A stretch of 51,479 bases of DNA, taken from Candidatus Omnitrophota bacterium. Its GTDB lineage: Bacteria; Omnitrophota; Gorgyraeia; Gygaellales; Profunditerraquicolaceae. Positions 42,670 to 50,168 of this stretch are shown here, one piece after another. A model generated the notes under the pieces. It saw nothing but the letters and a program-made list of their open reading frames with translations, made no database searches and was not told where the DNA came from. The stretch lies in NCBI GenBank assembly GCA_025453445.1, contig JALOQJ010000004.1, forward strand, positions 1-51,479. The letters run 5' to 3'. Every line of letters starts with the position of its first letter. The first letter of the stretch is position 1. The position numbers and the translations under genes are program-made.

Positions 42670-44850
42670 ATGAAGAAAAAAATAAATCCTAGGGCAAAAA
42701 AAATAGTTAAAAATAAAAATAGGATGGTTCCTGTTGTGCAGGTAGAGAATTTGCTGAAGCGCGCGATGCATGATTTGGAAAAAGCCCGCGAGATTTCTGA
42801 TGCCGGCGAAGGGGCTTCTTTAGCAGGGCCTTCCGGCGAACTTGAGGCGAAGATTAAGGAGAGGACGCTCGAGCTATCCGTATTATACGAATTTTCCAAT
42901 GCCGTTGCCTACACATTAGATTATCATCAGCTGATAAAGCTGGTGATGGAGTCATTATTTAAAATAGTTGAACACGATATTTGTGTCGCGCTTCTTTGTA
43001 ATGAGAATATTGCTAGCGTTACGATTAAACCCTCCTATGCAGAGAGTGTCAAATTTACTGAAGAAGTGAAAAACGCCATTATTGATTCTGCGGCTATGCT
43101 TACGGGCGAGGATATCCGTGGAAAACATCTAAGCAGTTTTTTAATTCCTTCTAGCAGTGCTGTTCAACCTAAAGAAGATAGTGAGTTTGATAAAATAAGG
43201 TCATCTTTTAATGTGCCTTTTATTGTGCAGGCTAAGACCGTCGGGCTGATTAATGTCTCCAGCTGCCGCGAGAGCGCTTTTAGCGAAGAAGATATCAAGC
43301 TAATTTCTACCATTATCAATCAGGCCTCTACTGCTATTGAGCGCATGCGCGCGGTAATTACCGCTGAAAAATCAAAAATGGAATCTATGGTTGAGGGCAT
43401 GGCTGAAGGCGTAATTATGCTTGATGAGGACGATGAGATAGTGGTAATAAATCCCAGGGCAGAAGATATACTGGGTTTTGGCCCTAAAGAAGCAGCTACT
43501 TCCGGTATGTTGAGGGAAAAATTCCATACCCTTGGTTTAGATAAGGCTTTTGAAGAATGTAAAACCGCCAAACACCTGATTACTAAAGAGATTAACATTG
43601 CCAATGACGGTGCTGCGGTAGTGCGTTGCGACATAACAGCGGTAAAAAATAGTGCAGGTGAGGCTATCGGCATAGTTGCCATCCTGCGGGATATCACCAA
43701 AGAAAAAGAAGTAGACAAAATGAAAAGTGAATTTATTTCGACTGTTTCCCACGAACTACGCACGCCGCTTACTACTATGCGCGAGTTTATTTCAATTATT
43801 GCCGATGAAATCCCGGGAAAGCTAAGTAAGGAACAAAGGGATTATATTGAAATTATCAGAGGCAATATTGACCGCCTGAGCCGGTTAATTAACGATCTCC
43901 TGGATATTTCTAAAATAGAAGCCGGCAAGATTGAACTGAAAAGGTCTTTTATTACTCTGTCGAATTTAATTAAGGATGTTGTGGCAACTTTAAAGCCTAA
44001 AGCAGTTGCCAAACATATAGAGCTGAAAACCTCCTTTCAGGCATTTTTGCCGAGGGTTTATGTGGATGCTGATAGGATTGTTCAGGTGTTTACTAACCTG
44101 ATAGAGAACGCGATTAAATTTACTCCGCAGAACGGTAAGGTTATCGTAAAAATGATTAACAAAGAAAATGAAATCGAATGTAGTGTTTCCGATACAGGCG
44201 CGGGTATCGCTCCGGAAAACTTAGGTAAAGTTTTTTCCCGCTTCCAACAATTCGGCAGGGTGGCCGGAGGAGGGGCAAAAGGCACAGGGTTGGGCTTGGC
44301 AATTACCCGGGAATTGGTGCATATGCATAAAGGAAGAATACGGGTGGAATCTGAATTGGGACATGGGACTACTTTTATTTTTACCTTGCCCAAAGATACG
44401 ATTGAATCCCTGGTAAAAAAACTTATTCATGACAGGATAGAAGAGGCAAAAAAGCTTAATGCAAAATTATCCGTGCTCACCCTTTCAATAATTGATTTCA
44501 ATGGTGTAAAACGGCAGCTAGAAAACCAAAAGCTAAAATTTATACTACTTGATATAGAACGGGTTATCCGTTATGCCCTGCGTAGGCCTACAGATACTGT
44601 ACTGCGGGATGACGGGGAGATTTTTGTAATCTTAGAAGAGTGTAATAAGGACGGCGTATTAATTGTGAAGAAAAAGCTTGAGCAGGCAATTACTGATTAT
44701 CTAAAACGCGAGGATTTAGCAGAGGTAATAAAGTTGCAGATAAACGCGCTAACTTACCCTGACGAAGCTCAAAGCGAAGAAGAATTATTTGTAAAGGCGA
44801 GAACATCGCAGAGGGGAGGCAATGATGTCCGGGAAAGTATTATTAATTGA
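42670..44850 (+). CDS. GAF-PAS sensor histidine kinase with a C-terminal degenerate GGDEF-like domain
   Basis: The HisKA H-box is FISTVSHELRTPLT. HATPase motifs are NLIENAIKFT, DTGAGI and GTGLGLAI. The C-terminal ~150 aa have a GGDEF-fold pattern with RPTD-x5-DGEIF in place of RxxD-x5-GGDEF. Confidence 0.8.
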   Translation: MKKKINPRAKKIVKNKNRMVPVVQVENLLKRAMHDLEKAREISDAGEGASLAGPSGELEAKIKERTLELSVLYEFSNAVAYTLDYHQLIKLVMESLFKIVEHDICVALLCNENIASVTIKPSYAESVKFTEEVKNAIIDSAAMLTGEDIRGKHLSSFLIPSSSAVQPKEDSEFDKIRSSFNVPFIVQAKTVGLINVSSCRESAFSEEDIKLISTIINQASTAIERMRAVITAEKSKMESMVEGMAEGVIMLDEDDEIVVINPRAEDILGFGPKEAATSGMLREKFHTLGLDKAFEECKTAKHLITKEINIANDGAAVVRCDITAVKNSAGEAIGIVAILRDITKEKEVDKMKSEFISTVSHELRTPLTTMREFISIIADEIPGKLSKEQRDYIEIIRGNIDRLSRLINDLLDISKIEAGKIELKRSFITLSNLIKDVVATLKPKAVAKHIELKTSFQAFLPRVYVDADRIVQVFTNLIENAIKFTPQNGKVIVKMINKENEIECSVSDTGAGIAPENLGKVFSRFQQFGRVAGGGAKGTGLGLAITRELVHMHKGRIRVESELGHGTTFIFTLPKDTIESLVKKLIHDRIEEAKKLNAKLSVLTLSIIDFNGVKRQLENQKLKFILLDIERVIRYALRRPTDTVLRDDGEIFVILEECNKDGVLIVKKKLEQAITDYLKREDLAEVIKLQINALTYPDEAQSEEELFVKARTSQRGGNDVRESIIN

Positions 44851-45196
44851 TGACGAGCCGGAGTTGGTAGCAGCAGTAGAAATAAGGCTAAAAGCGAATG
44901 GTTACGATGTGGATTTTGCTTATGACGGCCAGGCTGGCCTTGAGAAAATCAAAGTAAATAAGCCTGACTTAATCCTTTTGGATATTGTCATGCCGAAGAT
45001 TGACGGTTATGAAGTCTGTAAAAGGCTAAAAACAGACCCTGAGGCTAAAGATATTCCTATTATCATTTTTAGCGCTTCACAGCGTAAGGGTTTCGAAGAT
45101 AGGTATAGGGCATTGGGAGTGAATAATTTTATCTTCAAGCCTTTTGATAGCAAGGAATTGCTGGATATGATTAAGAAGGTAATCGCAAAAGGATAA
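44822..45196 (+). CDS. Single-domain response regulator (CheY-like receiver)
   Basis: VLLIDDEPE...DLILLDIVMPKIDGYEV...PIIIFSA. It overlaps the kinase end. Confidence 0.85.
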   Translation: MMSGKVLLIDDEPELVAAVEIRLKANGYDVDFAYDGQAGLEKIKVNKPDLILLDIVMPKIDGYEVCKRLKTDPEAKDIPIIIFSASQRKGFEDRYRALGVNNFIFKPFDSKELLDMIKKVIAKG

Positions 45197-45204
45197 AACA
45201 GGAA

Positions 45205-45561
45205 ATGAAAATACTGGTCGCCGACGACAATCAGGAAGCCGCTGAGTTGATCCAAAAGCGGATGATTAGGAAGGGCCATAGTGCCGATATTGCTTTTGAC
45301 GGCAGAAAAGCCCTGGATCTGATTAAAGTAAATGATTATGATTTGGCATTTCTTGACCACGATATGCCGGAAATTACCGGTTTGGAGTTAATAAAATATA
45401 TTAAGGAAAATGGGTTGAAGGCTAAGACAGTAATGATTACAGGTTATCCTGCGATTGAGGGTTTTGCTGCGCATGATTTCGGGGCGGATGAATATTTGGT
45501 CAAACCGATAGATTTGGCAGATATAGAAGCTCTCATTGAGAAATATAAAAATCCGTCTTAA
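45205..45561 (+). CDS. Single-domain response regulator (CheY-like receiver)
   Basis: ILVADDNQE...DLAFLDHDMPEITGLEL...VMITGY...KP. Confidence 0.85.
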   Translation: MKILVADDNQEAAELIQKRMIRKGHSADIAFDGRKALDLIKVNDYDLAFLDHDMPEITGLELIKYIKENGLKAKTVMITGYPAIEGFAAHDFGADEYLVKPIDLADIEALIEKYKNPS

Positions 45562-45575
45562 AATATTAAATAGAT

Positions 45576-45660
45576 GGAGAGATGGCAGAGTGGTCGAATG
45601 CGGTCGTCTCGAAAGCGACTATCCCGCAAGGGATCGCAGGTTCAAATCCTGCTCTCTCCG
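45576..45660 (+). tRNA. tRNA-Ser (anticodon CGA)
   Basis: The acceptor is GGAGAGA/TCTCTCC, the anticodon stem GTCGT/GCGAC with loop CTCGAAA. There is a long variable arm (TATCCCGCAAGGGATC), the T arm is GCAGG-TTCAAAT-CCTGC, and no CCA is encoded. Confidence 0.85.
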
Positions 45661-45687
45661 TAAAATTTTCCGACAAGGAAAATTTTA
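45661..45687 (+). terminator. Perfect 11-bp AT-rich hairpin immediately 3' of tRNA-Ser(CGA)
   Basis: TAAAATTTTCC-gacaa-GGAAAATTTTA. It could be a terminator or a processing signal. There is no separate U-tail. Confidence 0.4.
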
Positions 45688-45874
45688 CGGATACTGAGCG
45701 AACGTAGCGCGGCGACAAGCCGCGCAGTGAGCGAAGTATTTTGCCGCCTGACAAAGAAAAAAATCACGGATTCTGAACGAGCGCAGTGCCGCGGCAAGCG
45801 GCACAGCGAGTGAAGAATCTTAACCTGAGGCCGCGCAGTGAGCGAAGTATCTTGCCTCCTGACAATGAAAAAAG
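45687..45874 (+). repeat. Composite direct repeats with conserved GC hairpins between tRNA-Ser(CGA) and the GIY-YIG gene
   Basis: ACGGATNCTGARCGARCG occurs at 45687 and 45766. The hairpins are GCGCGGC-gacaa-GCCGCGC (45707-45725) and GTGCCGC-ggcaa-GCGGCAC (45786-45804). The 39-nt tail CAGTGAGCGAAGTAT.TTGCC.CCTGACAA.GAAAAAA occurs at 45726 and 45835 with 3 mismatches. Confidence 0.8.
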
Positions 45875-46128
45875 GCATTTACAGTAATCCTTGGTGCGTT
45901 TATATTGCTGAGTGTAAGGATAAGACTTTATATACAGGCGCAGCCTTAGATGTAGAAAAGCGCATACAAGATCATAACACTACTAATAAATGTCGTTACA
46001 CAAGGTTCCGTAAGCCGTTAAAACTTATGTACCGGGAAGTTTGCGGTAACTATCATTTAGCTCGAAAACGCGAGGAAGAGATTAAGAGATTTAGCAAGGG
46101 TAAGAAGTTGGAGTTGATAAGAAGTTGA
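45865..46128 (+). CDS. GIY-YIG nuclease-family protein (small, UPF0213/YhbQ-like)
   Basis: WCVYIAECKDKTLYTGAALDVEKRIQDHN......YTR...P..L.Y.E......A.KRE..IK. I chose the ATG at 45865. The track's upstream GTG (45838) lies inside the repeat. Confidence 0.75.
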   Translation: MKKGIYSNPWCVYIAECKDKTLYTGAALDVEKRIQDHNTTNKCRYTRFRKPLKLMYREVCGNYHLARKREEEIKRFSKGKKLELIRS

Positions 46129-46190
46129 GATCTCTCGCCCCGATATTCATCGGGGCTCGAGATCCAAAAATTTACTTCGTAAATTTTTGG
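46129..46190 (+). terminator. Two consecutive strong hairpins between the GIY-YIG gene and tRNA-Ser(GGA)
   Basis: The first hairpin (46129-46164) is GATCTCtcGCCCCGAT-attc-ATCGGGGCtcGAGATC. The second (46164-46190) is CCAAAAATTTAC-ttc-GTAAATTTTTGG, a perfect 12-bp stem whose last GG is the first two nt of the tRNA. Confidence 0.5.
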
Positions 46191-46276
46191 AGAGGTGCCG
46201 GAGCGGTCGAACGGGCATGTCTGGAGAACATGTGAGCCGCAAGGCTCCCAGGGTTCGAATCCCTGCCTCTCCGCCA
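46189..46276 (+). tRNA. tRNA-Ser (anticodon GGA)
   Basis: The acceptor is GGAGAGG/CCTCTCC, the anticodon stem CATGT/ACATG with loop CTGGAGA. There is a long variable arm, the T arm is CAGGG-TTCGAAT-CCCTG, and CCA is encoded. Confidence 0.85.
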
Positions 46277-46285
46277 ACAAGGATA

Positions 46286-46349
46286 GGGCGCTGCTTCAAA
46301 CAAGGGACGGAAGGTGCCTTCCGTCGAAAAATTGAGGCGGCGCTCTTTT
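46286..46349 (+). terminator. Compound intrinsic terminator after tRNA-Ser(GGA)
   Basis: The outer 12-bp stem is GGGCGCTGCTTC/GAGGCGGCGCTC, including 3 G-U pairs. The inner hairpin is GACGGAAGG-tg-CCTTCCGTC. A TTTT run follows at 46346-46349. Confidence 0.6.
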
Positions 46350-46385
46350 AAAATAAAGTAGTAAATTTTTTGTTAGATTTTGCCT

Positions 46386-46434
46386 TTTCTTGCGTCTATT
46401 TTATAGTACGGGAAGATAATATTAACGCAAGAAA
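46386..46434 (+). promoter_or_regulatory. Perfect 10-bp inverted repeat bracketing the putative dinD-like promoter -10 / leader
   Basis: TTTCTTGCGT (46386-46395) and ACGCAAGAAA (46425-46434) are separated by 29 nt containing TATAGT (46402-46407). The right arm abuts the RBS (gaggag). Confidence 0.4.
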
Positions 46435-46449
46435 GCAGAGGAGCAAGTT

Positions 46450-47304
46450 ATGAAGAAAGAAATTATTGTGCAATTGAACAAAACGTTTGAAGAATCGGCT
46501 TATACCCAAAATGGCGTTGAATATTGGATGGCGCGGGATATGCAGAAGCTTTTGGATTATACTGAATGGCGTAATTTTTTATTGGTTGTTGATAAGGGTA
46601 AAATCGCCTGCATGAAGTCTGGGCAGAATATAAGCGATCATTTTGTTGACGTCAACAAAACGATTCCCATGCCCAAGGGAGCCGAAAAAGATATACAGGA
46701 TATTATGCTTACTCGTTTTGCCTGCTATCTTATTGCCCAAAATGGCGATCCTCACAAGGAGCAAATCGCTTTCGCTCAAAGTTATTTTGCTATTCAGACA
46801 CGTAAACAGGAGTTATTGGAAGAGCGCATTGCGTTGGTAGAGAGGGTGCATGCCCGTGAAAAGCTCGCTGATACCGAATCAGAACTTTCAGGGGTTGTCT
46901 ATGAGCGTGGTGTTGATGGAGAAGGTTTTGCGCGATTACGCAGCAAAGGAGATCACGCGCTTTTTGGCGGATACACAACATTGGATATGAAAAAGAAATT
47001 AGGCTTGCCTGATAAGCGGCCATTGGCTGATTTTTTGCCGACTATTACCATTAAAGCCAAAGATTTTGCCGCAGAAATAACAAGCTTCAATACGAAGAAA
47101 AATAACTTACACGGTGAACCGGCTATAACAAGCGAACATGTAAAGAATAATAGAAATGTTCGTAATCTGCTTGGGAAAAGCGGCATAAGGCCTGAAGCAT
47201 TACCTTTGGAGGAAGATATTAAGAAGTTGCAGCGCCGGATTAAGTCTGAAGGTAAAAAGATTGCTAAGGATGCAAAAAAGATAAAGAGGAATTTACTAAC
47301 TTAA
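46450..47304 (+). CDS. dinD: DNA damage-inducible protein D (DinD)-like protein
   Basis: From memory, it resembles E. coli DinD along its full length: W.AR.L.KLL.Y.E.R.F......A...C..SG....DHF, L.R.ACYL.AQNGDP.K..IA.AQ.YFAIQTR.QEL. Confidence 0.7.
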   Translation: MKKEIIVQLNKTFEESAYTQNGVEYWMARDMQKLLDYTEWRNFLLVVDKGKIACMKSGQNISDHFVDVNKTIPMPKGAEKDIQDIMLTRFACYLIAQNGDPHKEQIAFAQSYFAIQTRKQELLEERIALVERVHAREKLADTESELSGVVYERGVDGEGFARLRSKGDHALFGGYTTLDMKKKLGLPDKRPLADFLPTITIKAKDFAAEITSFNTKKNNLHGEPAITSEHVKNNRNVRNLLGKSGIRPEALPLEEDIKKLQRRIKSEGKKIAKDAKKIKRNLLT

Positions 47305-47345
47305 GGTTTCAATTTGCAGCCTCAAGATGGGCACTAGAGGTATAG

Positions 47346-47383
47346 CCCTTGCTGTGTTAGGGATAACGGCAAGGGTTTATTGT
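47346..47383 (+). terminator. Intrinsic terminator candidate after dinD-like gene
   Basis: CCCTTGCTGT (47346-47355) pairs with ACGGCAAGGG (47366-47375), including one G-U pair and a 10-nt loop. TTTATTGTT follows. Confidence 0.45.
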
Positions 47384-47768
47384 TATAATGTTAAAATAGT
47401 AAAAAAGTATTTGATTTAATTGGCCAGAAAAATATTTATAATCCCAAGAGAAGTTATGGTTATGTAGTGGGGATAATGGAGAATATGAATTTCCTTTCAC
47501 AGTAGTTTGTGGTAAAATTTTTTCATACTTTGGCCTAAAAGGATAGGTCAGGCCCTGTAAAATTTTTCTGATGAGGAAAAAATACGGATGCTGAACGAGC
47601 GAGAATCTGCTAAGCTCGAAAAAAGTAAAAATGTATGGATTATGATTATGCCTATTTCAAATAAATAGTGTATAATAGGGGGTAGTTCTTAAAAATAGAG
47701 CTGTCCTCATTTTTTTCTTAGTTTTAAAGGGTCAGGGTCAGTTTTTAATATGGAGGGATTTAAGAAAG

Positions 47769-48827
47769 ATGAAAAAAGAGGGGGGAGATTTAGTTATTCA
47801 GGCTGAGCTTGAATATGCTGAAGGTATTGTTACTGCTGTGCGCGAGCCAATGATTGTCCTGAATAAAGAATTAAAGATAGTTTCAGCTAGTAAGGCTTTT
47901 TATGGTGTTTTTAGAATAACACCTAAAGATACCATCGGGAAATTTATCTATGATTTAGGGGATCGTCAATGGGACATTCCGGAACTGCGCAGGCTCTTAA
48001 ATGAAATTCTCCCGCAGCAGAAAACCATTGATAATTTTCAGGTGCAGCATAATTTTGCACAAATCGGCAGGCGAATAATGATCCTGAATGCCGAATGGAT
48101 ACCCAAAGATGCTGTTAAACCACAGCTGATTCTTTTGGCTATCGAAGATATTACTGAGCGGGAAAAAATTGAGGCGTCTTTACGGGACAGCCGGCTTAAG
48201 ATCCGTGCTGTTTTTGACCAGACTTTCCAGTTTATCGGCCTGATGACTGTCGGAGGTATCCTGATAGAAGCGAATAAGACGGCATTAGATTTTTCCGGAA
48301 TTGAGATTTCAACAGTTTTAAACAAGCCTTTTTGGGAAACACCATGGTGGGCGCATTCTAAGGCGCTGCAGAAAAAGTTGCGTGATTCTATACGTAAGGT
48401 TGCAGCAGGAGAATTTGTACGTTTTGAAGCCACTCATATTGCTAAAGACGGAACCCTGCGTTACATTGATTTTTCTCTTAAGCCGGTAAAAGACGAATCC
48501 GGTAGGGTTATTTTTATGATTCCTGAGGGTCGTGATATTACTGAGCGAAAGGAATTAGAAGAGGATTTAAAAAATTCGTATACAGAGTTGGATATGCGCG
48601 TTAAAGTGCGTACTGCTGAGCTTTCCCGGGCAAATGAGGAATTGCATAAGGAAATCAGCCACAGCAGGCAGATAGAGAAGGAACTAAATGCGAAAATGCA
48701 GGCCTTGGAACGGGCCAATAAATCTACCGAGGATAAGGAATCAAAGATAGAACAGCTTCGGGAGAAAATCAAAGAATTGGAAAGAAGGCCGAAAAAGGTA
48801 AATGGTAGTTCAAAAAAAGCCGAATAA
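47769..48827 (+). CDS. Tandem PAS-domain protein with a C-terminal coiled coil (no output domain)
   Basis: The first PAS domain resembles the CheB/CheR-associated type (REPMIVLNKELKIVSASKAFYGVFRITPKDTIGKFIYDLGDRQWDIPELRRLL). The second is a PAS S-box (IRAVFDQTFQFIGL...). The tail is Glu/Lys-rich. Confidence 0.75.
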   Translation: MKKEGGDLVIQAELEYAEGIVTAVREPMIVLNKELKIVSASKAFYGVFRITPKDTIGKFIYDLGDRQWDIPELRRLLNEILPQQKTIDNFQVQHNFAQIGRRIMILNAEWIPKDAVKPQLILLAIEDITEREKIEASLRDSRLKIRAVFDQTFQFIGLMTVGGILIEANKTALDFSGIEISTVLNKPFWETPWWAHSKALQKKLRDSIRKVAAGEFVRFEATHIAKDGTLRYIDFSLKPVKDESGRVIFMIPEGRDITERKELEEDLKNSYTELDMRVKVRTAELSRANEELHKEISHSRQIEKELNAKMQALERANKSTEDKESKIEQLREKIKELERRPKKVNGSSKKAE

Positions 48828-50046
48828 ATATATCCGTTACCTGATAATTATTTTTATCAGTATCGTGGCTATTGGTTTAATTTTTTCAATTCCGGTGGGC
48901 AACACATCAGGCGATTTTGATGTATATTATGCTGCCAGCAGAAATTATTTAGCCAATGCCCCGGTTTATATCCCGCGCGGGGGCATAGAAGAATTCAAAT
49001 ACTCGCCGATGTTTGCCCTGATTTTTTCACCCCTTGCATTAATTGATAAAGCGTTGTCTTTGTATCTCTGGGGAATTTTAAACATCCTGCTGCTTTATCT
49101 AATCTTCTATTTGTTTTATAAGCTTAGGTTGATTTCCTTCAGTGGGCTCAGGGATTTCGGTATAATTTTTTGCTTGCTCGCCTTAACCGGCAGGTATCTG
49201 TTTTCTGATATTAAAATAGGGCAGGTAAATATTTTTTTATGTTTCCTACTGGTTTTAATGATGTATTTTGAAGTGAATAAGAAATATTTGCCTGCAGCAA
49301 TATGCCTTGCACTTAGCCTGATGATAAAATTATTCCCGTTGCTTTTTCTGGCTTATTTTGTCTTAAGGCGGCGGTTTAAGATATTAGCCTATACCATTGT
49401 TATGGTATTGATTTTTCTCCTTTTGCCGGCGCTTTATTCCGGTTTTGCGCAGAATTTACAATACCTCCGTGAATGGTTTGAGTTATTAAAGACGACTCCC
49501 GCCCCTATAATATATTCAGCAAAGAATTTTTCCCTGCTTGCGTTTTTCTCATGGTTTTTTGTTGCCCGGTACGAAGGTATGTTTGTCCTGAACTACCGCT
49601 TTATTACTAAAGGGTTAACTCCGGAAGTATATTATGCTTGGCTAGCAGCTTGTTTTATCTTATTTAGCTTATTTTTTTATGATTCATTTTTTAAAAAAGA
49701 TAAACCGCAGCAAAAGATGTATCTGGATTATGCCTGCTTATTTACCTGCGGGCTTTTATTTAACCCCTTGGCTTATTTAAACGCACTGATTTTTCTGATT
49801 GTTCCCTATTTTTTTATTTTACGCACATTATTTTATTCAGAGTTGGTTAAAAGGTGGGCAATAGTAATAGGGATATTAACCCTGCTGTGTTTTATTTCTA
49901 CGATGGCCTATAATAAGTGTTTTTTCCCTGACAGGCATCAATTTTACCGATTTTTAGAATTCAGGTTGCCGCTCTGGACCATGCTTTTAGTCTATCTTAA
50001 CTTATTTTTGATTAAGCTCGCGCGCCCTTCCTTAAGCGATAAGTAA
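48802..50046 (+). CDS. GT87 / DUF2029-type integral-membrane glycosyltransferase
   Basis: About 11 TM helices. DFDVYYAASRNYL...FKYSPMFALIFSPLA is the DUF2029 signature. Confidence 0.65.
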   Translation: MVVQKKPNKYIRYLIIIFISIVAIGLIFSIPVGNTSGDFDVYYAASRNYLANAPVYIPRGGIEEFKYSPMFALIFSPLALIDKALSLYLWGILNILLLYLIFYLFYKLRLISFSGLRDFGIIFCLLALTGRYLFSDIKIGQVNIFLCFLLVLMMYFEVNKKYLPAAICLALSLMIKLFPLLFLAYFVLRRRFKILAYTIVMVLIFLLLPALYSGFAQNLQYLREWFELLKTTPAPIIYSAKNFSLLAFFSWFFVARYEGMFVLNYRFITKGLTPEVYYAWLAACFILFSLFFYDSFFKKDKPQQKMYLDYACLFTCGLLFNPLAYLNALIFLIVPYFFILRTLFYSELVKRWAIVIGILTLLCFISTMAYNKCFFPDRHQFYRFLEFRLPLWTMLLVYLNLFLIKLARPSLSDK

Positions 50047-50075
50047 TTGACAGTAGTTGCGTTATATTATAATAT
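50047..50075 (+). promoter_or_regulatory. Sigma70-type promoter of tRNA-Arg(ACG)
   Basis: TTGACA (50047-50052) is followed either by TATAAT at 50068-50073 (15-nt spacer) or by TAATAT at 50070-50075 (17-nt spacer). Confidence 0.55.
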
Positions 50076-50086
50076 GTTACTCTATT

Positions 50087-50160
50087 GCGCCTGTAGCTCA
50101 ATTGGATAGAGCACTTGCCTACGGAGCAAGTTGTTGCAGGTTCGATTCCTGCCAGGCGCA
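50087..50160 (+). tRNA. tRNA-Arg (anticodon ACG)
   Basis: The acceptor is GCGCCTG/CAGGCGC, the anticodon stem CTTGC/GCAAG with loop CTACGGA, and the T arm GCAGG-TTCGATT-CCTGC. No CCA is encoded. Confidence 0.85.
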
Positions 50161-50168
50161 CTAATATC

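Noticed and set aside
45566-46280. Minus-strand ORFs 45566-45754, 45642-45878 and 46053-46280
   Set aside because: They are translations across the tRNA-Ser genes (the typical GFEP... artefact) and across the intergenic repeats. None has an RBS or a recognisable fold.
47327-47419. A 30-aa ORF (MGTRGIALAVLGITARVYCYNVKIVKKYLI) after the dinD-like gene
   Set aside because: It has no RBS, it overlaps the terminator hairpin, and it has no recognisable features.
45576-47601. An integrated prophage or integrative element at the tRNA-Ser loci
   Set aside because: There are no integrase, recombinase, transposase or phage structural genes. Only short direct repeats are present, so it is reported merely as a possible cassette.
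47520-47740. Possible SRP RNA or other known ncRNA, suggested by GGTCAGG-like words
   Set aside because: The conserved 4.5S/SRP helix-8 motif and other Rfam-type signatures are not visible by eye. An Infernal scan would be needed, so this is left as a generic non-coding-region finding.
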